The position numbers were made by a program, and so were the translations under genes. Shown piece after piece: positions 49,301 to 61,244 of a DNA stretch of 64,000 nt. Position 1 is the stretch's first letter, and the number at the start of each line of letters is the position of its first letter. The stretch is from Blepharisma stoltei ATCC 30299 (lineage: Eukaryota > Protista > Ciliophora): contig CBFDEM010000039.1 of NCBI GenBank assembly GCA_965603825.1, positions 496,001 to 560,000 on the forward strand, read 5' to 3'. A model generated the notes under the pieces. The model did no database searches. It was given only the letters and a program-made list of their open reading frames with translations, and was not told the DNA's origin.

Positions 49301-52300
49301 AATTCTGATTTATTTAGAGAAATTGATGAAAAATTCAACAAGCTTTTATCAAAATATTTTAAAAGAATCCCTAATAGTAACTATTTTATCCTAAACGATG
49401 ATAAAGAAAAATGTTTATTAAGCATCGATGACTTTACAACCCTTCTAAGCCACTGCACAGTAAACCCTGAGGTTTCTATAAATCTGTACAGTCTTCAGCA
49501 TAAAACTTTTTTTTCTAAAGAGCGGCACCAACATAAAAATTTAGAATCTCCTATATCCCCTACCAAAAAAATAAAAACTGGGCTATTAAGTATCGTAGGA
49601 GAAAAAGCACGGTCTTTATATGCAGAAATTACCTTGGATTTATTATCAAAAAATTTACCGATTGACCCTATAACTTTATCATTTGTGTTAGAACAGCTGA
49701 ATTATGTTCATGAGACCGTAAAATTTGAGTATAAGGTAGAGTCTGTGCTGAAGGAGCAGGATATCACGGAGCTGATTAACCAAGAATTTGTAAAAGGAAA
49801 AGTAGTGTCGACGAGGACTATTGGGAATGTGCACTTTGTGGTATGCCAAATAGTGATAGCACATCCAGGAATTTGCCAGGAAATGGTGGATAATGATTAT
49901 TCAGTACCTTTTTGGGTGATTATTAATGTCCTGCAGCCCAATATCATTGAATGTTCCTTTTTCTTGCCAGACCATATGAAAAATACAGAGCTGACTGTAG
50001 AAAAGGTCCAGGCAAGGCTTACAGGGTATTTTAAAGATATCGAAATTAGAGTAAACCAAAGGATGCTGCTAAAACAGCTAGAGGAAACTGGAAAAATTTC
50101 TAATTTATTGATGAATATTGATAACCAAATTGAATTTCCTAATGAAAACTACGAAAAAGGCCCAAGAGAACGCGCAAAAAAAAGATTCACACGATTTTCT
50201 ACCACAAATAAAATCCTCCCCAACCAAAAGCCAATCACAAAAAACCTTACAGCTTACAAGCTTCCTCTGCAGCATACAAACCAGTTTATAGTTTCTGATA
50301 GACTTGCCAAAAATGAGTCAATAAATTCCTTAGTCTCAAAATTCTCAATTCCTCCATTTTTAATTGACAATCGTGAAGGGCTATATCAGCTTGCCCATGA
50401 CTCTGACATTCTTGTATTTAAATTTTCTGAGATTGAGCAAGAAAGAATAGCGTCATACCCAAAGCACCAGACGACGCCTAATAATTCTCCGAGTCATAGG
50501 AGGACTTCTTCATCTTTGATAATCAGGATGGTGAAATTAGAAATTTATGGAATTGATCCGCCTTCGGCGGATACGATAGAAAAGCTAGAACAAAGGGTCC
50601 AGGAGCAGCTGCAGCAGATTTCACTGTTTAAGCTTGCAGATTCGTTGATAAAAAATCAAAAAAATGTAATGACCCTGGGGGATTCACAGTTTATCCAAGG
50701 AAACCTGCCACCTATTATTATATTATTTCCTATTACCTCGCTGGTTTCTGATATAAATTTATTAGCGAAATACACGAAGCAGAATTTAATGAGATTTTTA
50801 GTGCTATTCCAAATAAGAGAATTGTTAAACGAAAAGGAGCCGTCTGTGCTCGTATATAATTATTTAAATATCATTGAAAGCAGCTCATATAAAACAAATT
50901 CACCTATATTTAAATCGAGACAGGAAACTAAACAGGCTCAATTTTTAGGAAATACGTTTGGGAAAGCCTTGGCCCTGCTATATCTTGACGTTTATTATTT
51001 TAATGGTGAAAATATAATACCATTTACTGAAGTTACTAATGAATGTAGCCCCACCTTTGAAACTTGGAATGAAAATTATATCAAAGCTGAAATGCTTATA
51101 AATAAAACAAGCGGGATGTCTAGCCCTTCTTTTCCAGGAAATTATTTAGAAATAAAAATTTACAAAAATGGCCCGTTAAATGAGAGCATTTTTTTTGAAA
51201 AATTAAATAAATGCATAAATCAAAGCATTTCGGAGTATTTAATTGAAAATTTGATACAGTCATGCATAAAGGAGGAAAAGTATGGATATAATGGATATAA
51301 ACAAATAGCAGATTTGACTAAGAGAGCGATTGAGCTATCCCTTCATTTTCCTACACAGAAAATCGAGCATTATGCCCCACCTTTTGCGTTATTCCAATTT
51401 TTTAGTAAAATTTTGCATATTTTTCAAGAAAACAACAAGCAAAAATTCCCATTAGTAATGTGCCTGGAGGAAGGAGAAATTAAGCATATTTCATCCAGCA
51501 TTGAAAATTTACAGTCATTATGGGAGCTTGAGTACCTCAATGAAAAAAGTGTTGGCAAAAAATTCAAATTTTCTGCTATGGGAGGACCCTCAAGCTTAGG
51601 GAATTTAATTGGTGAGCAATTTGAAGAATTTAAATGCGACGATATGAAATTCTACTCTGACGAAATCGGAGAAGGGCTAGGGCAGATTCCCAGATCATTT
51701 TTCATTTACATCGAAATCACTAACACTTTCTTAGACGTCTACACCTACAACTGAAACAAAACAACTCTCCAGAAACTTCACAGCCAAATAGAATCCCACG
51801 TGCATTGAAACCGACAGAGATACAGGCTCGTCAATAACGCTTTAACTCAAAAACTCGGCCTATTCCACCACAATATCCCTATGGACACTTTCTCATTTTT
51901 ACGAAAAACCCATCAAATCCAAATGTTCCCTCAAGCCTGTGTAATCCTCGAGCTTAAAGAAGAATTTGAGAAATTTTCTCTGGACTCTTTATTAAATTCT
52001 GACGAAATAACCCACACAGCAATTACTACTGAAGACTCAGTCCAAACCTTCAAAATGACTGGGATGTTCCCTATGCTAAAAGATATAAAAAATACTGAAG
52101 AAATCCCAAATGACAAGGTAAAACTCCATGGATATTTTTTAAATATGATGTATGAGAAAAAAAGAGCCATATATGAAGACTGCTATAAACTAGCCTATGC
52201 TTTTAAAAAATGGGTCTATGAAAAAGATAGCAGTGCAATGAGCATTGTAAATCAGCTGCTTAAAAAAGGTGGAAGCTTTAGGAATGAAAGCAATTTAGCG

Positions 52301-53890
52301 AGGGAATTAATTACACAGGCACAAATGATACATTGTGAAAAAGCTAGGCTTTTTTTTGAAGTTTTAGATGTCCCGGCGACTGAGCTTGATAGAGAGCGGC
52401 AAAAAATGCAGAAATTAATTGCTAATGTTATGAGATATTTAGTGATTGAAATCAAAAGGACTACGAAATTGGACGATATGAAAGAGGATTATGGGTTCAT
52501 GAGAAAAAGCTCACATGACTTTTCGCCTGAAAATTCTTCAAGCAATCTCCTACGAAGAAAACGGACAAGTTCTGGGATGTTTGACACTGAATCCAATATA
52601 CAAGTATTTTTAAAAAAAGCATTAGAACAAGCCATAATCATTTTAGAAGTTTCTTATGACAAAAATTTTATTATTACAAGCTCTTATTGTGTCGAAAGCA
52701 TCCAGAAATTAATCCCTTTTACCTCAAGAGATGACGACCCCCCTTCTATGCATTTAAAGCGGGAATTACAAAAAATAAAAACATCAATACAATCAGAAAC
52801 CTATATCTATGACGCCCATATAAAACATTTATGCTATTATTTATGCAGACCCAGGGATTATCCTTCAATTAATCTAATAGCAACACTTAACACTATTGGG
52901 AAGCTTTATTACAGCAAGCCGCCGTCTGCTAATAATTGGCAGCATACAGGAATGATGTCAATTGACTTAGGCGAGCTAAATGGGATCACTATTAAAGAAA
53001 TTTATCATTATTTTACCCTAAATTGTGACGAATATGGGTTTACTGCATTTACAGCAGGGTCTACACCGTGGCCTGTTTATAAAGTTTTTAATTTATCAGG
53101 CGAAGAGCTGGCGATCAACCAAGAAAATGGCAGCAATAATGCATCAATTTTAGAGCTGTCCCCTTCGTCGTCAGTAAGGAGAATTTCTAATTTCTCTTCA
53201 GATGGGGCAATCCCTACTCCTCCGCCTGAGCTTAAATATGCTACGTCATTAAGGGCGATTATTTATACCCTTATAGACACCAATGATTCCTCAAGACCTC
53301 GGCCAGTTCTCCGCCTTGAAGATAGCGAAACTATTTATAAGCTGAGGATCAGGTATTATATATTAAATTTTGAAAAAACCAAAAAAGGTGGACCTAAAGA
53401 CACGTTAAAACAGATAAAAACAAAAGCTGAGGAATTTATATTGGAAGCGATTAAAAAATCAAAATCTCATTTTAGGAGAGACCAGCTGTGGGAAAGGCTT
53501 GGGTACTTGCCGAGTAAAGATATTTGTCCTTATGAGGACTTTTTGCAGCTACTGCAGGCGTCTGATGTACAGCCGATTGAAGAAATTGATCCGAGAATTT
53601 CTTTGTTGACTTCGCTTGGAAATGTTTTTACGTCAGATTGTTTTGATTATTTATATGATGTATTTAAAGAAGATTCAAGAAGATTCGAAGACAAAGACTG
53701 CCTTCATTTGGTAATTTTTAACTCCCCTAGGCTTTGCGCACATTTAAAGATTATTTCAGATGAGCAAAATTTGAAAATAAATGCTGTAAGGAGGTCTAAG
53801 GAGTATAATAAAGATGTGGAAGATAATTTCATATCGGACATCGTCAGCGAAATTTTGCAGTGGCTTTGGTCTCGGGTGACATCAAGATAA
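46367..53890 (+). CDS. SZT2: SZT2-like protein (KICSTOR scaffold), about 2500 aa
   Basis: One frame with TGA=W; N-terminal YRIIIMIDLPPS...VVYITDA vWA-like region, LREGF, RLKQGF. Confidence 0.7.
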
Positions 53891-53958
53891 TGATAAAATT
53901 AATAAAAATTAAGCAAAAATTATTTTCATCTAAATTTGTTTATTTATCGTGGATTTTT

Positions 53959-54096
53959 TTATTTTGAGCTGGTATATCTTCTAATTAGCCTTGCTCCAAT
54001 GATAAATGCGATGCTTATAGCGAAATACTTCAAGAATTTCTTAGTATTTTCCTTTGAAGCTTTACTCTTTTCCTCACTAGGCTGCAAAAAGAACAT
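53959..54096 (-). CDS. 45-aa tail-anchored microprotein, Tom5-like
   Basis: MFFLQPSEEKSKASKENTKKFLKYFAISIAFIIGARLIRRYTSSK; below the ORF-track size cut-off. Confidence 0.6.
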   Translation of the reverse strand: MFFLQPSEEKSKASKENTKKFLKYFAISIAFIIGARLIRRYTSSK

Positions 54097-54146
54097 ATTT
54101 ATTATAAGCCACTTAACTAGTGTAATTACTTAATTAATTCCTTAAC

Positions 54147-54887
54147 TTATTTAGCTTTTTTCGCAAGAGAAAATAAGCCTGCATCCATGCTAGGAACTTC
54201 AGTCTTAATAAAAGATTCGTTCTTTTCATTTCTTTCAGTCAAGAAAATGATAGCAAGCAGAACTCCAATGGCAACTCCAATAAGAGGTCCAATAATATAG
54301 ACAGGCACGCTATCCAAATAGTTAATAGGGTCGTCACTGTAGCGGATTGCCTGGACCACATCAATTGCAATGCACACTGTAGGGTTGAAGCAGCCTCCTG
54401 AAATTCCTCCGACTGTCCTAATTCCTGCAAGCACTGTAAAAGCAATTGCCATACCAGCTGCAATGGTAGAGTCCAACACAGCGCTGGTCACCAAGACCAC
54501 AAGCACCAAGTGTCCAGTAAATGCTGCCTCTGCTAAATAAGCTTCTGGCTTGCTTGTATCTATTGGGGCGAAGACATAGAAATGTCCGCCTGCAATTAAA
54601 GTGCCTAGAAGGGCTCCAAAAAAGGCTCCGACGATTTGGCAAAGGAAATATAAGAGGTGTTCTTTAAGGAAGCTCTTTTCCAAAGTCTTGGTAAACCACC
54701 ATTCCTTAATGAGAGCGCCTAGTGTCACTGTAGGGTTGAAATGGGCTCCACCAATGAACCCAGTACCGACAATGATGACCCAAAAGCCGATTCCGACCGC
54801 GAATGCGTTGCCGTGACTTGCAAAGATCACGAATGTAAGAGCAGCTGTCCCGTAGGTTTCAGCAAGCAATCTCCTCCACAATTTCAT
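54147..54887 (-). CDS. Aquaporin (MIP family) with NPT/NPT motifs
   Basis: AETYGT, GGAHFNPTVT, SGGCFNPTVC, YIIGPLIG. Confidence 0.92.
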   Translation of the reverse strand: MKLWRRLLAETYGTAALTFVIFASHGNAFAVGIGFWVIIVGTGFIGGAHFNPTVTLGALIKEWWFTKTLEKSFLKEHLLYFLCQIVGAFFGALLGTLIAGGHFYVFAPIDTSKPEAYLAEAAFTGHLVLVVLVTSAVLDSTIAAGMAIAFTVLAGIRTVGGISGGCFNPTVCIAIDVVQAIRYSDDPINYLDSVPVYIIGPLIGVAIGVLLAIIFLTERNEKNESFIKTEVPSMDAGLFSLAKKAK

Positions 54888-55377
54888 TTAATTATTACAA
54901 AGCTTTTAATGGAATGAGGAAAGATGAGAAATAGCGAAAGATTAGGGTGCTAAGGGAGGGAGAAGGGATTGGCAAAGGCAAGTAGGATTAAAAAGATTAT
55001 CAAGAATGGTGGATAATATTAAGATGGAAGAAATAAAAGTTAGATTATATTAGGAATAGAAAGAAAAAGGATGAGAAGAGGAAATGGGGAAATAGAGATA
55101 GTAAAGGGAGATTAAGGAGATTTTTTATAATAATATAAGTGAAAAGGATTATAAAGGAGATAAAGGGAAAAAATAAAAAAATATTTTTATTAGAAGTAAA
55201 ATTTAGATGTAAAACGTAAATTTCAGGCTTTGAAAATAAATTCATAAAAATACAATCCTTATAATTAACAATTAGATAGCAAATAGCCTTGGTAATTATT
55301 ACTAATAAATAGGTATCTCTTTCCTTTCCTGCTATATTTATTTACGATTCTTATATTCCTTTATCCCATATAATTAA

Positions 55378-55995
55378 ATGGCAAGTCTCAACTTTCAGAT
55401 GAGCTTAGATAACGAAGCTCCCAAAGCTTCTTCTCAAGGCCAATTCCAGCCAGCCCAGCCTCAAGAAGCAGGAGGTCTTTCAGGCCTTCTCAAGCGTTCA
55501 TCTCACCCAATCGCAATCATTTTCCACTATCTTTTCAAATCTCTTGCACTTTTATGCTTTTTCTTCCTCAATATTTTCTCAAACGCTACAATAACCTTTA
55601 TCATCGTCGTGATTTTCTCTGCCTTTGATTTCTGGACTGTGCAAAATATCACTGGTCGGCTTCTTGTAGGGCTCCGATGGAGAAACAGAATAAATGAAGA
55701 CGGCTCAGAAGAATGGATTTTTGAAAGCTTAAATGATAAATCCCAATCAAATAAAATCGACGTTTATGCATTTTGGCTTGGACTTGTGGCAGCTCCGTTG
55801 ACTTGGTCTATTTTATTGCTCGCATATCTATTGACTTTTGACTTCTTTTGGAGCATGGTTGCCTTGATTTGCTTGGTACTTACTGGAATTAACATGGTTG
55901 GGTATTATAAATGCAATAAAGACAGCAAACAAAAACTCTCAGGGATGTTAAAGCAAGGCGCTTTTATGGCAGCAAGCCAAGCTCTTAAGGTTTAG
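55378..55995 (+). CDS. TVP23: Golgi membrane protein TVP23
   Basis: SHP..FH..FK, DFWTVQNITGRLLVGLRW, WIFES. Confidence 0.93.
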   Translation: MASLNFQMSLDNEAPKASSQGQFQPAQPQEAGGLSGLLKRSSHPIAIIFHYLFKSLALLCFFFLNIFSNATITFIIVVIFSAFDFWTVQNITGRLLVGLRWRNRINEDGSEEWIFESLNDKSQSNKIDVYAFWLGLVAAPLTWSILLLAYLLTFDFFWSMVALICLVLTGINMVGYYKCNKDSKQKLSGMLKQGAFMAASQALKV

Positions 55996-56044
55996 ATTAA
56001 GTTGGTTCTTAATAAGAATTTTATTAATTTATGTGGTATTTAAA

Positions 56045-56761
56045 TTAATTGCTGCAAGCATTCTGTAGTTCTTGTTTCATAATAAAATGCACTTGTTTGC
56101 AGCCTTCTATGGCCATGGCTGTAATTTCTCTTACAACTTCTGGGGTTAGCTTATGTCCTCCTATATCATCATAATTCAGATATGCAATCTGTAAAGACTT
56201 GCCAAGCACCGCGACTCTATACTCAGAAATTACTTGGAAACTTGTGCTTTCGCTATAAGTCAAATCAATTAAAGGCATCCCACTATAAAATCCAGAGCTG
56301 CAGGATACCAAAAAATCTTTTAATGGCACTCCAGCGTGGATTAAGCTTAAAGTGATAGCATTAATAGCAGCACACTCAACACTGCCGTCATCTGCTAATA
56401 CAAGTACGTGTATATCAATGTCTGAATGCGGGTTATTTTCCATTAAAACGACACTTTCAAACATAGTTCTTACGTTTGCTTCAAATTCATTGGATTTTTT
56501 ATCGCCCTTTGAAAACTTGCGCCTTTCGCCTGAGGAGCTGAAATATGCTGTGTTAAAATAGCAATGAATATGCCCACTTTCTTTTTCGTGCTTCGTTTGT
56601 TTTGGACCATGGATGAATGCTAAAACTGATGTGTGGCCAATTTGGAATAGTGCTGATCCTGAAGAATTATCGACTACTCCTAGCTTGATTTTTATTTGTC
56701 TGAGCTCTCCTGGCCGCCTCCCATCCTGTCTAAACCCATAGAACAAAATTTCTTCTGTCAT
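56045..56761 (-). CDS. RRP41: Exosome component Rrp41
   Basis: RQDGRRPGELR, GSALFQIGHT, DIDIHVLVLADDG, RNase PH fold. Confidence 0.92.
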   Translation of the reverse strand: MTEEILFYGFRQDGRRPGELRQIKIKLGVVDNSSGSALFQIGHTSVLAFIHGPKQTKHEKESGHIHCYFNTAYFSSSGERRKFSKGDKKSNEFEANVRTMFESVVLMENNPHSDIDIHVLVLADDGSVECAAINAITLSLIHAGVPLKDFLVSCSSGFYSGMPLIDLTYSESTSFQVISEYRVAVLGKSLQIAYLNYDDIGGHKLTPEVVREITAMAIEGCKQVHFIMKQELQNACSN

Positions 56762-56863
56762 TTTATTATTTTGCACTTTTGTTATAATAAATTTTTTAAT
56801 CGCACACAAATATTTAGCTATTTTTATTTAAATAATCCAAGTTCTAAAAATTATTATTATTAC

Positions 56864-57691
56864 CTAGAAATTTATTTCACTAGACTCTATTGGAGTTGGA
56901 CTAATTCTTGCCCATGGGAATTCTGTTTTTACATAATATTTGACTGCATCTTTCATATTTTTATTGGGAATTAATACATTCCATAAGGCTTCTTGACGAG
57001 AAATAGGGTCAATATAATGTCTGCCTGCATTCATATAAGCTTGAATAGCTTCTCTTTCATAGCTATGCCCTGTTGAATTTGTGACAGGATCAATGAAAAG
57101 GTCAAAAGTTATAGCACAATTTAAACTTTCAGGGATTTCTGGAGTAGAAATATACTTTACGTATTTTTTCAAGGAGCTTTCTAGTGCTGGCATCCTGCCA
57201 TAATAATTTAAAAGTTCATGTACTTGCTGGTTATGATGCTCTATGCTCACACATCACTTCAAGGCTTTAATTTTATGTTTAAGCTCTTTACAGATTTTTA
57301 TAAAGTCTTTGCTTCCCATTATTTTCGCAACTAATACAGCGGCTCTGCATTGATTTAATGCAATCTCAATTTTTTCCATATCGTATGAGAATTTTGCTAA
57401 ATTTGCTTGAGACTTGACAGCTATTATATGAGCTTTGATATTTGTTGAATCCAATTGGATTGAAGCTTGGGCGTCTTCTAAAGCGTTTTCATAGCGAAAT
57501 AAATTTAAATAACATCTGGCTCGGTTAGAATAAAATATAGAGTCATTAGAATTCAATTTTATTGCTTGGGTATAACATGATATTGCATCATTGTAATTTT
57601 GTTGAGAAAAATAATAATTACCTCTTTCTTTTAGCTGCTTGCTCTTTTCTATAGAATCGCCTTTAGGGATACTTGATGCGTTGACAGACAT
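56864..57691 (-). CDS. TPR + U-box E3 ligase (CHIP/STUB1-like)
   Basis: LKERGN..YSNRARCY TPRs; TGA=W at 57254; U-box EIPESLNCAITFDLFIDPV..GHSYER..PN. Confidence 0.88.
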
Positions 57692-58020
57692 CTTTAGGCT
57701 GTTTTTATTATTTCATTAATTAAAATTTCGGGATTATTCTGTCTTATTTAAAATAACCAAAAATGCTCTGCGATGAATTATATCGGATAAACAATGATTC
57801 TCTCGGCTAATCTTTTTATATAGCTAAATTAAATTTAATTTGATAACGCTGATTATTGAGAACGGTAAATTTGAAGATTTTTAGGTATCAAAATTATACA
57901 TAGACATTTTTGTTTTAACGCAAAAGTTAAATAATGATAAATTAGTAAATTAAAATTTATCATGAAAAAGGGAAAATTTTAATATTTTGCCTATTTATTT
58001 CTCTTTTAATGAATTTTAAA

Positions 58021-58845
58021 TTAAACTGTACGGATTGAGCACCTCGATTCCATACTTTCCCTTCTCTTTTTAAGCAATTTTTCTTCTTTTTTCTGTCTTA
58101 TCAGTCTAAGCTGCCCTTGTAAAGTATTTATTGCTTCTTGCAAATAGTCCTCCTTTGCTTCTAGCTCCCTTGCCTTCCTGTCTATTTTTTACACTTTATT
58201 AGCATGGATTTCATCTTCTTTATATCTTAAAATGCTATGAAATAGCTCCAAAGTTTCTTCAGAAGCTCTAGATTTATGCTGGAAGTTAATTAACGACTGC
58301 TGTTTCTGATAAAAATCAGACTGAAGCTTATCAAGCTTCTCTTTCAGCTGAAGCTCTGAATTCTTTGAATATTGCAATTGATTATTTAAATCTTGCTGAA
58401 TAATCACAAACTGCCTTCTCATTTCTTCAACATTTTGCTCTTTTTCGTCAATAATCTGACTAAGCCTATGAATCTCATTTTCTTTTATCTCTAGCAGTTT
58501 ATCTAGATATTTTTCACCTTTTTTTTCGATTTCTCTTTTCAAGTTCAGAACTTTGTGGTCCCATTCCAGATTTTCTTGGTCTCTTTGATTTTTTTTATTT
58601 CTGAATTTTATATTGAGAGCTTGAATGTCTTCGCTAAGCTTGATATAAGAATCTTTTAGTGATTTAAAATTGGCTACAGTTTTTGAGTTTTCGTTTTTTA
58701 GAATGGTATTATTGTCTTTTTCGTTTTTGATTATTCTTCTAGCTGATTCTAAGTCTTTCTCAAGCTTTTGATTAATTTCTTCTGATCTTTTGAGCATTTC
58801 TTCATATCTTAGAAGTTTCTTAGTTAAATTTCTTACTTCTTCCAT
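58021..58845 (-). CDS. Coiled-coil protein, 2 exons
   Basis: 15-nt intron 58178-58192 (GTAAAAAATAGACAG) removes an in-frame TAA. Confidence 0.75.
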
Positions 58846-58877
58846 ATTTAAAACTATTAATCAATAAAATCAAAAAA

Positions 58878-60989
58878 TTAAGATAAATGCCCAGACGTTG
58901 GAACTCGATCAGGCAAACTTGCATGTCTTGTAGGATTTTTAAAAGATTCAGCTCGAACAAACACAGTTGGATTTCTTAACTTTCTTTTTCAATAATCCTC
59001 ATTGTCATTTAACTGGGTAATACACTTTTTTTCAATTTCTTCAGATTTAAGAACCTCATTAAATGCAATATACAAAGGAATTACAATGTTTTTTAGAAAT
59101 CTTGACTGATCTCGTGGCAAATCAGTCATCAAAATTTCTGTAGACAAAGTTTGTTTTATCCCTAGAGACTTCTCTAGTCTATCTATCTCAATAATTTCTT
59201 CCATCAGCAGCTCTGATCATTTTACATGAATATCTGTTTCCTTCGCGGCATGTCCGACATCTGCAGCCTTTATAGCCATTTTCATAAAACTGGTTCTATA
59301 ATCAATATCGTTATCTTCCAACTTTTCTCCAATACTTAAATATTTTGCTTTAAAATTTCCTAAAATTTCAAAATGTTTTTCCATATCTGTAGCCAAAATC
59401 AGTTCAATAATTTGTCTTCTTATAAAAATCCATGAGTCATTATCTATGTTTTCCAATATATTAAACTTGGGCTTTTTCAGTATAGAAAATAAAGTAGATG
59501 CGTGGTGCATTTCCAAGACGCTGATATCATTATATAAGGTAGCGAGCTCATCTTTACTTAGAATTAAATATCGATTGGTTCGGCCTGGGTGTGCAACATC
59601 ATGAGAAAGTGTAACAAGGATCCCAATAAGAAGCTCTGGAGACCGAATTTTATCTTTTCAGGCAGAGTTGAATGTTAACCATAGAAACGAAAACATCACA
59701 TCTGCAGCATGAAGAGCATTGTGGTATTTATTTTTTTGATATTTTCCTTCTAATTCGATTAAGAAATCTCTTAATACAGTTTCTTGAATTTTAAATCTTT
59801 TTATCAACCCATACTTTAAAAATACATATCTCCCACAGACTTGAAAAACTTCGTTATTAAGACCGTCAATCATAAACACACTGAAATTTCAATTTCTACA
59901 AATTCTATTGAGAACATTTACAGTCTCATCAAAACCAAAAGATGCAGTGATGCTTTTCTCTTTGAGCCTTTTATCAGATTGCTCAGTTGCTGGGATTGAT
60001 TCAGATGCCCCGTAAAAATACTGAGAAATATAATTTTTATCCTCGGTTTCCAAATGTTTAGTAACTTTATTATAATCTGTAGAATAAATATTATCGCATT
60101 TTCTTAAAAATGCTAAGCATCTTTCCAAAATGCGAGAAGTGCGATCAATCCCAACACGAAAACTAGCCTCAGGGTAATCTTTTATATAATTCATCCATTC
60201 AATTGCAGTTTTAATATAGTGTACCACTTCTTCAAGCCCAGTATTAGCGTCAGAATCTTTCTGTGTGAAATTGACCTCAATGTCAGAAAGCGGAACTTCT
60301 GGGTGGCTTAATTTTTCTTCTTCTTCAGGGATAACATATTGTCCTTCTATCATAACTTTATTTGATGCTAATGTATTTTGACTATTTTGTATCAATATTA
60401 AATATAAAAAAAATTGGAATATTTCTTGCAAAATTTTATCTCTATTATAACAGTTCAAGCTTAGAGAAAATAACCCTAAGAAAACACTCATAAGTGTAAA
60501 TAATTGCTTATTTCATATAATTTTATTGATGGAAATAACCGCTAAAACTGATAAGGATTGTAAGCTTGAAGCAAAGGTAGGCTCATCTTCCACGCTGAGT
60601 AGCAAATTGAAAATATTTGGGTCGGAAAAAATCAGTCCAAGACCTGTAATAGCATAGAGCACTGTACATAAAGTGAATTTATCTTTTTTAAAATACTGCT
60701 CTCTCAAAATCACAGCCAAGCTAAATAAAATGCATATAATTAAAGAAGTGATTCCTACCAAAAGGACAAGAATTCGCTGTGTATAATAGCAGTAATATGT
60801 TAAAGAGTTACAAAGGCACAGAACAATCAAACTATAATAACTAAGCAAAAATTGCGCATTAAAAAACTTAGCTGGCTCAGTTTTGCCGCTTGGAGACGAC
60901 GTAGTTATATCATAGGAAATTTGTAATTGGCTTTGCCTTGATGAAAATTCAGATCTTGAATTTTTGCATGATATATTCCGGGGTATCAT
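58878..60989 (-). CDS. Membrane-anchored class I cyclic-nucleotide phosphodiesterase
   Basis: N-terminal TMs; YHNALHAADV, HDVAHPG, LEMHH, LATDM, KAADVGH; five TGA=W joins. Confidence 0.9.
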
Positions 60990-61244
60990 TATATTAATTT
61001 TTATATTTAGATTCAGGAGAAAAATTTTGATATCTATATTTCTTTAGGAAAAAATAAAATATAAACGAAGCAGGACTTAGGCAGATAATTAAAAACAATA
61101 AATATAAATATTTCTTCAAACAAAATTGCTTAAAGCGCGAATATTTCAGTTATCAAATAATTACATTTTATTTTTCGTTCTCGGGTAAAATTAGCACTGA
61201 TGTCATAATATAAATCCGCACAAAATTCTAAAATTATAAAAAAA

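Noticed and set aside
54940-54960. TTAGGGTGCTAAGGG as an internal telomeric remnant
   Set aside because: Fewer than two imperfect units within a purine-rich tract.
2429-56974. Many 60-160 aa ORFs antisense to or out of frame with real genes (e.g. 2429, 8109, 15822, 44088, 53936, 56352)
   Set aside because: Shadow ORFs with S/F/L/I-rich composition overlapping well-supported genes.
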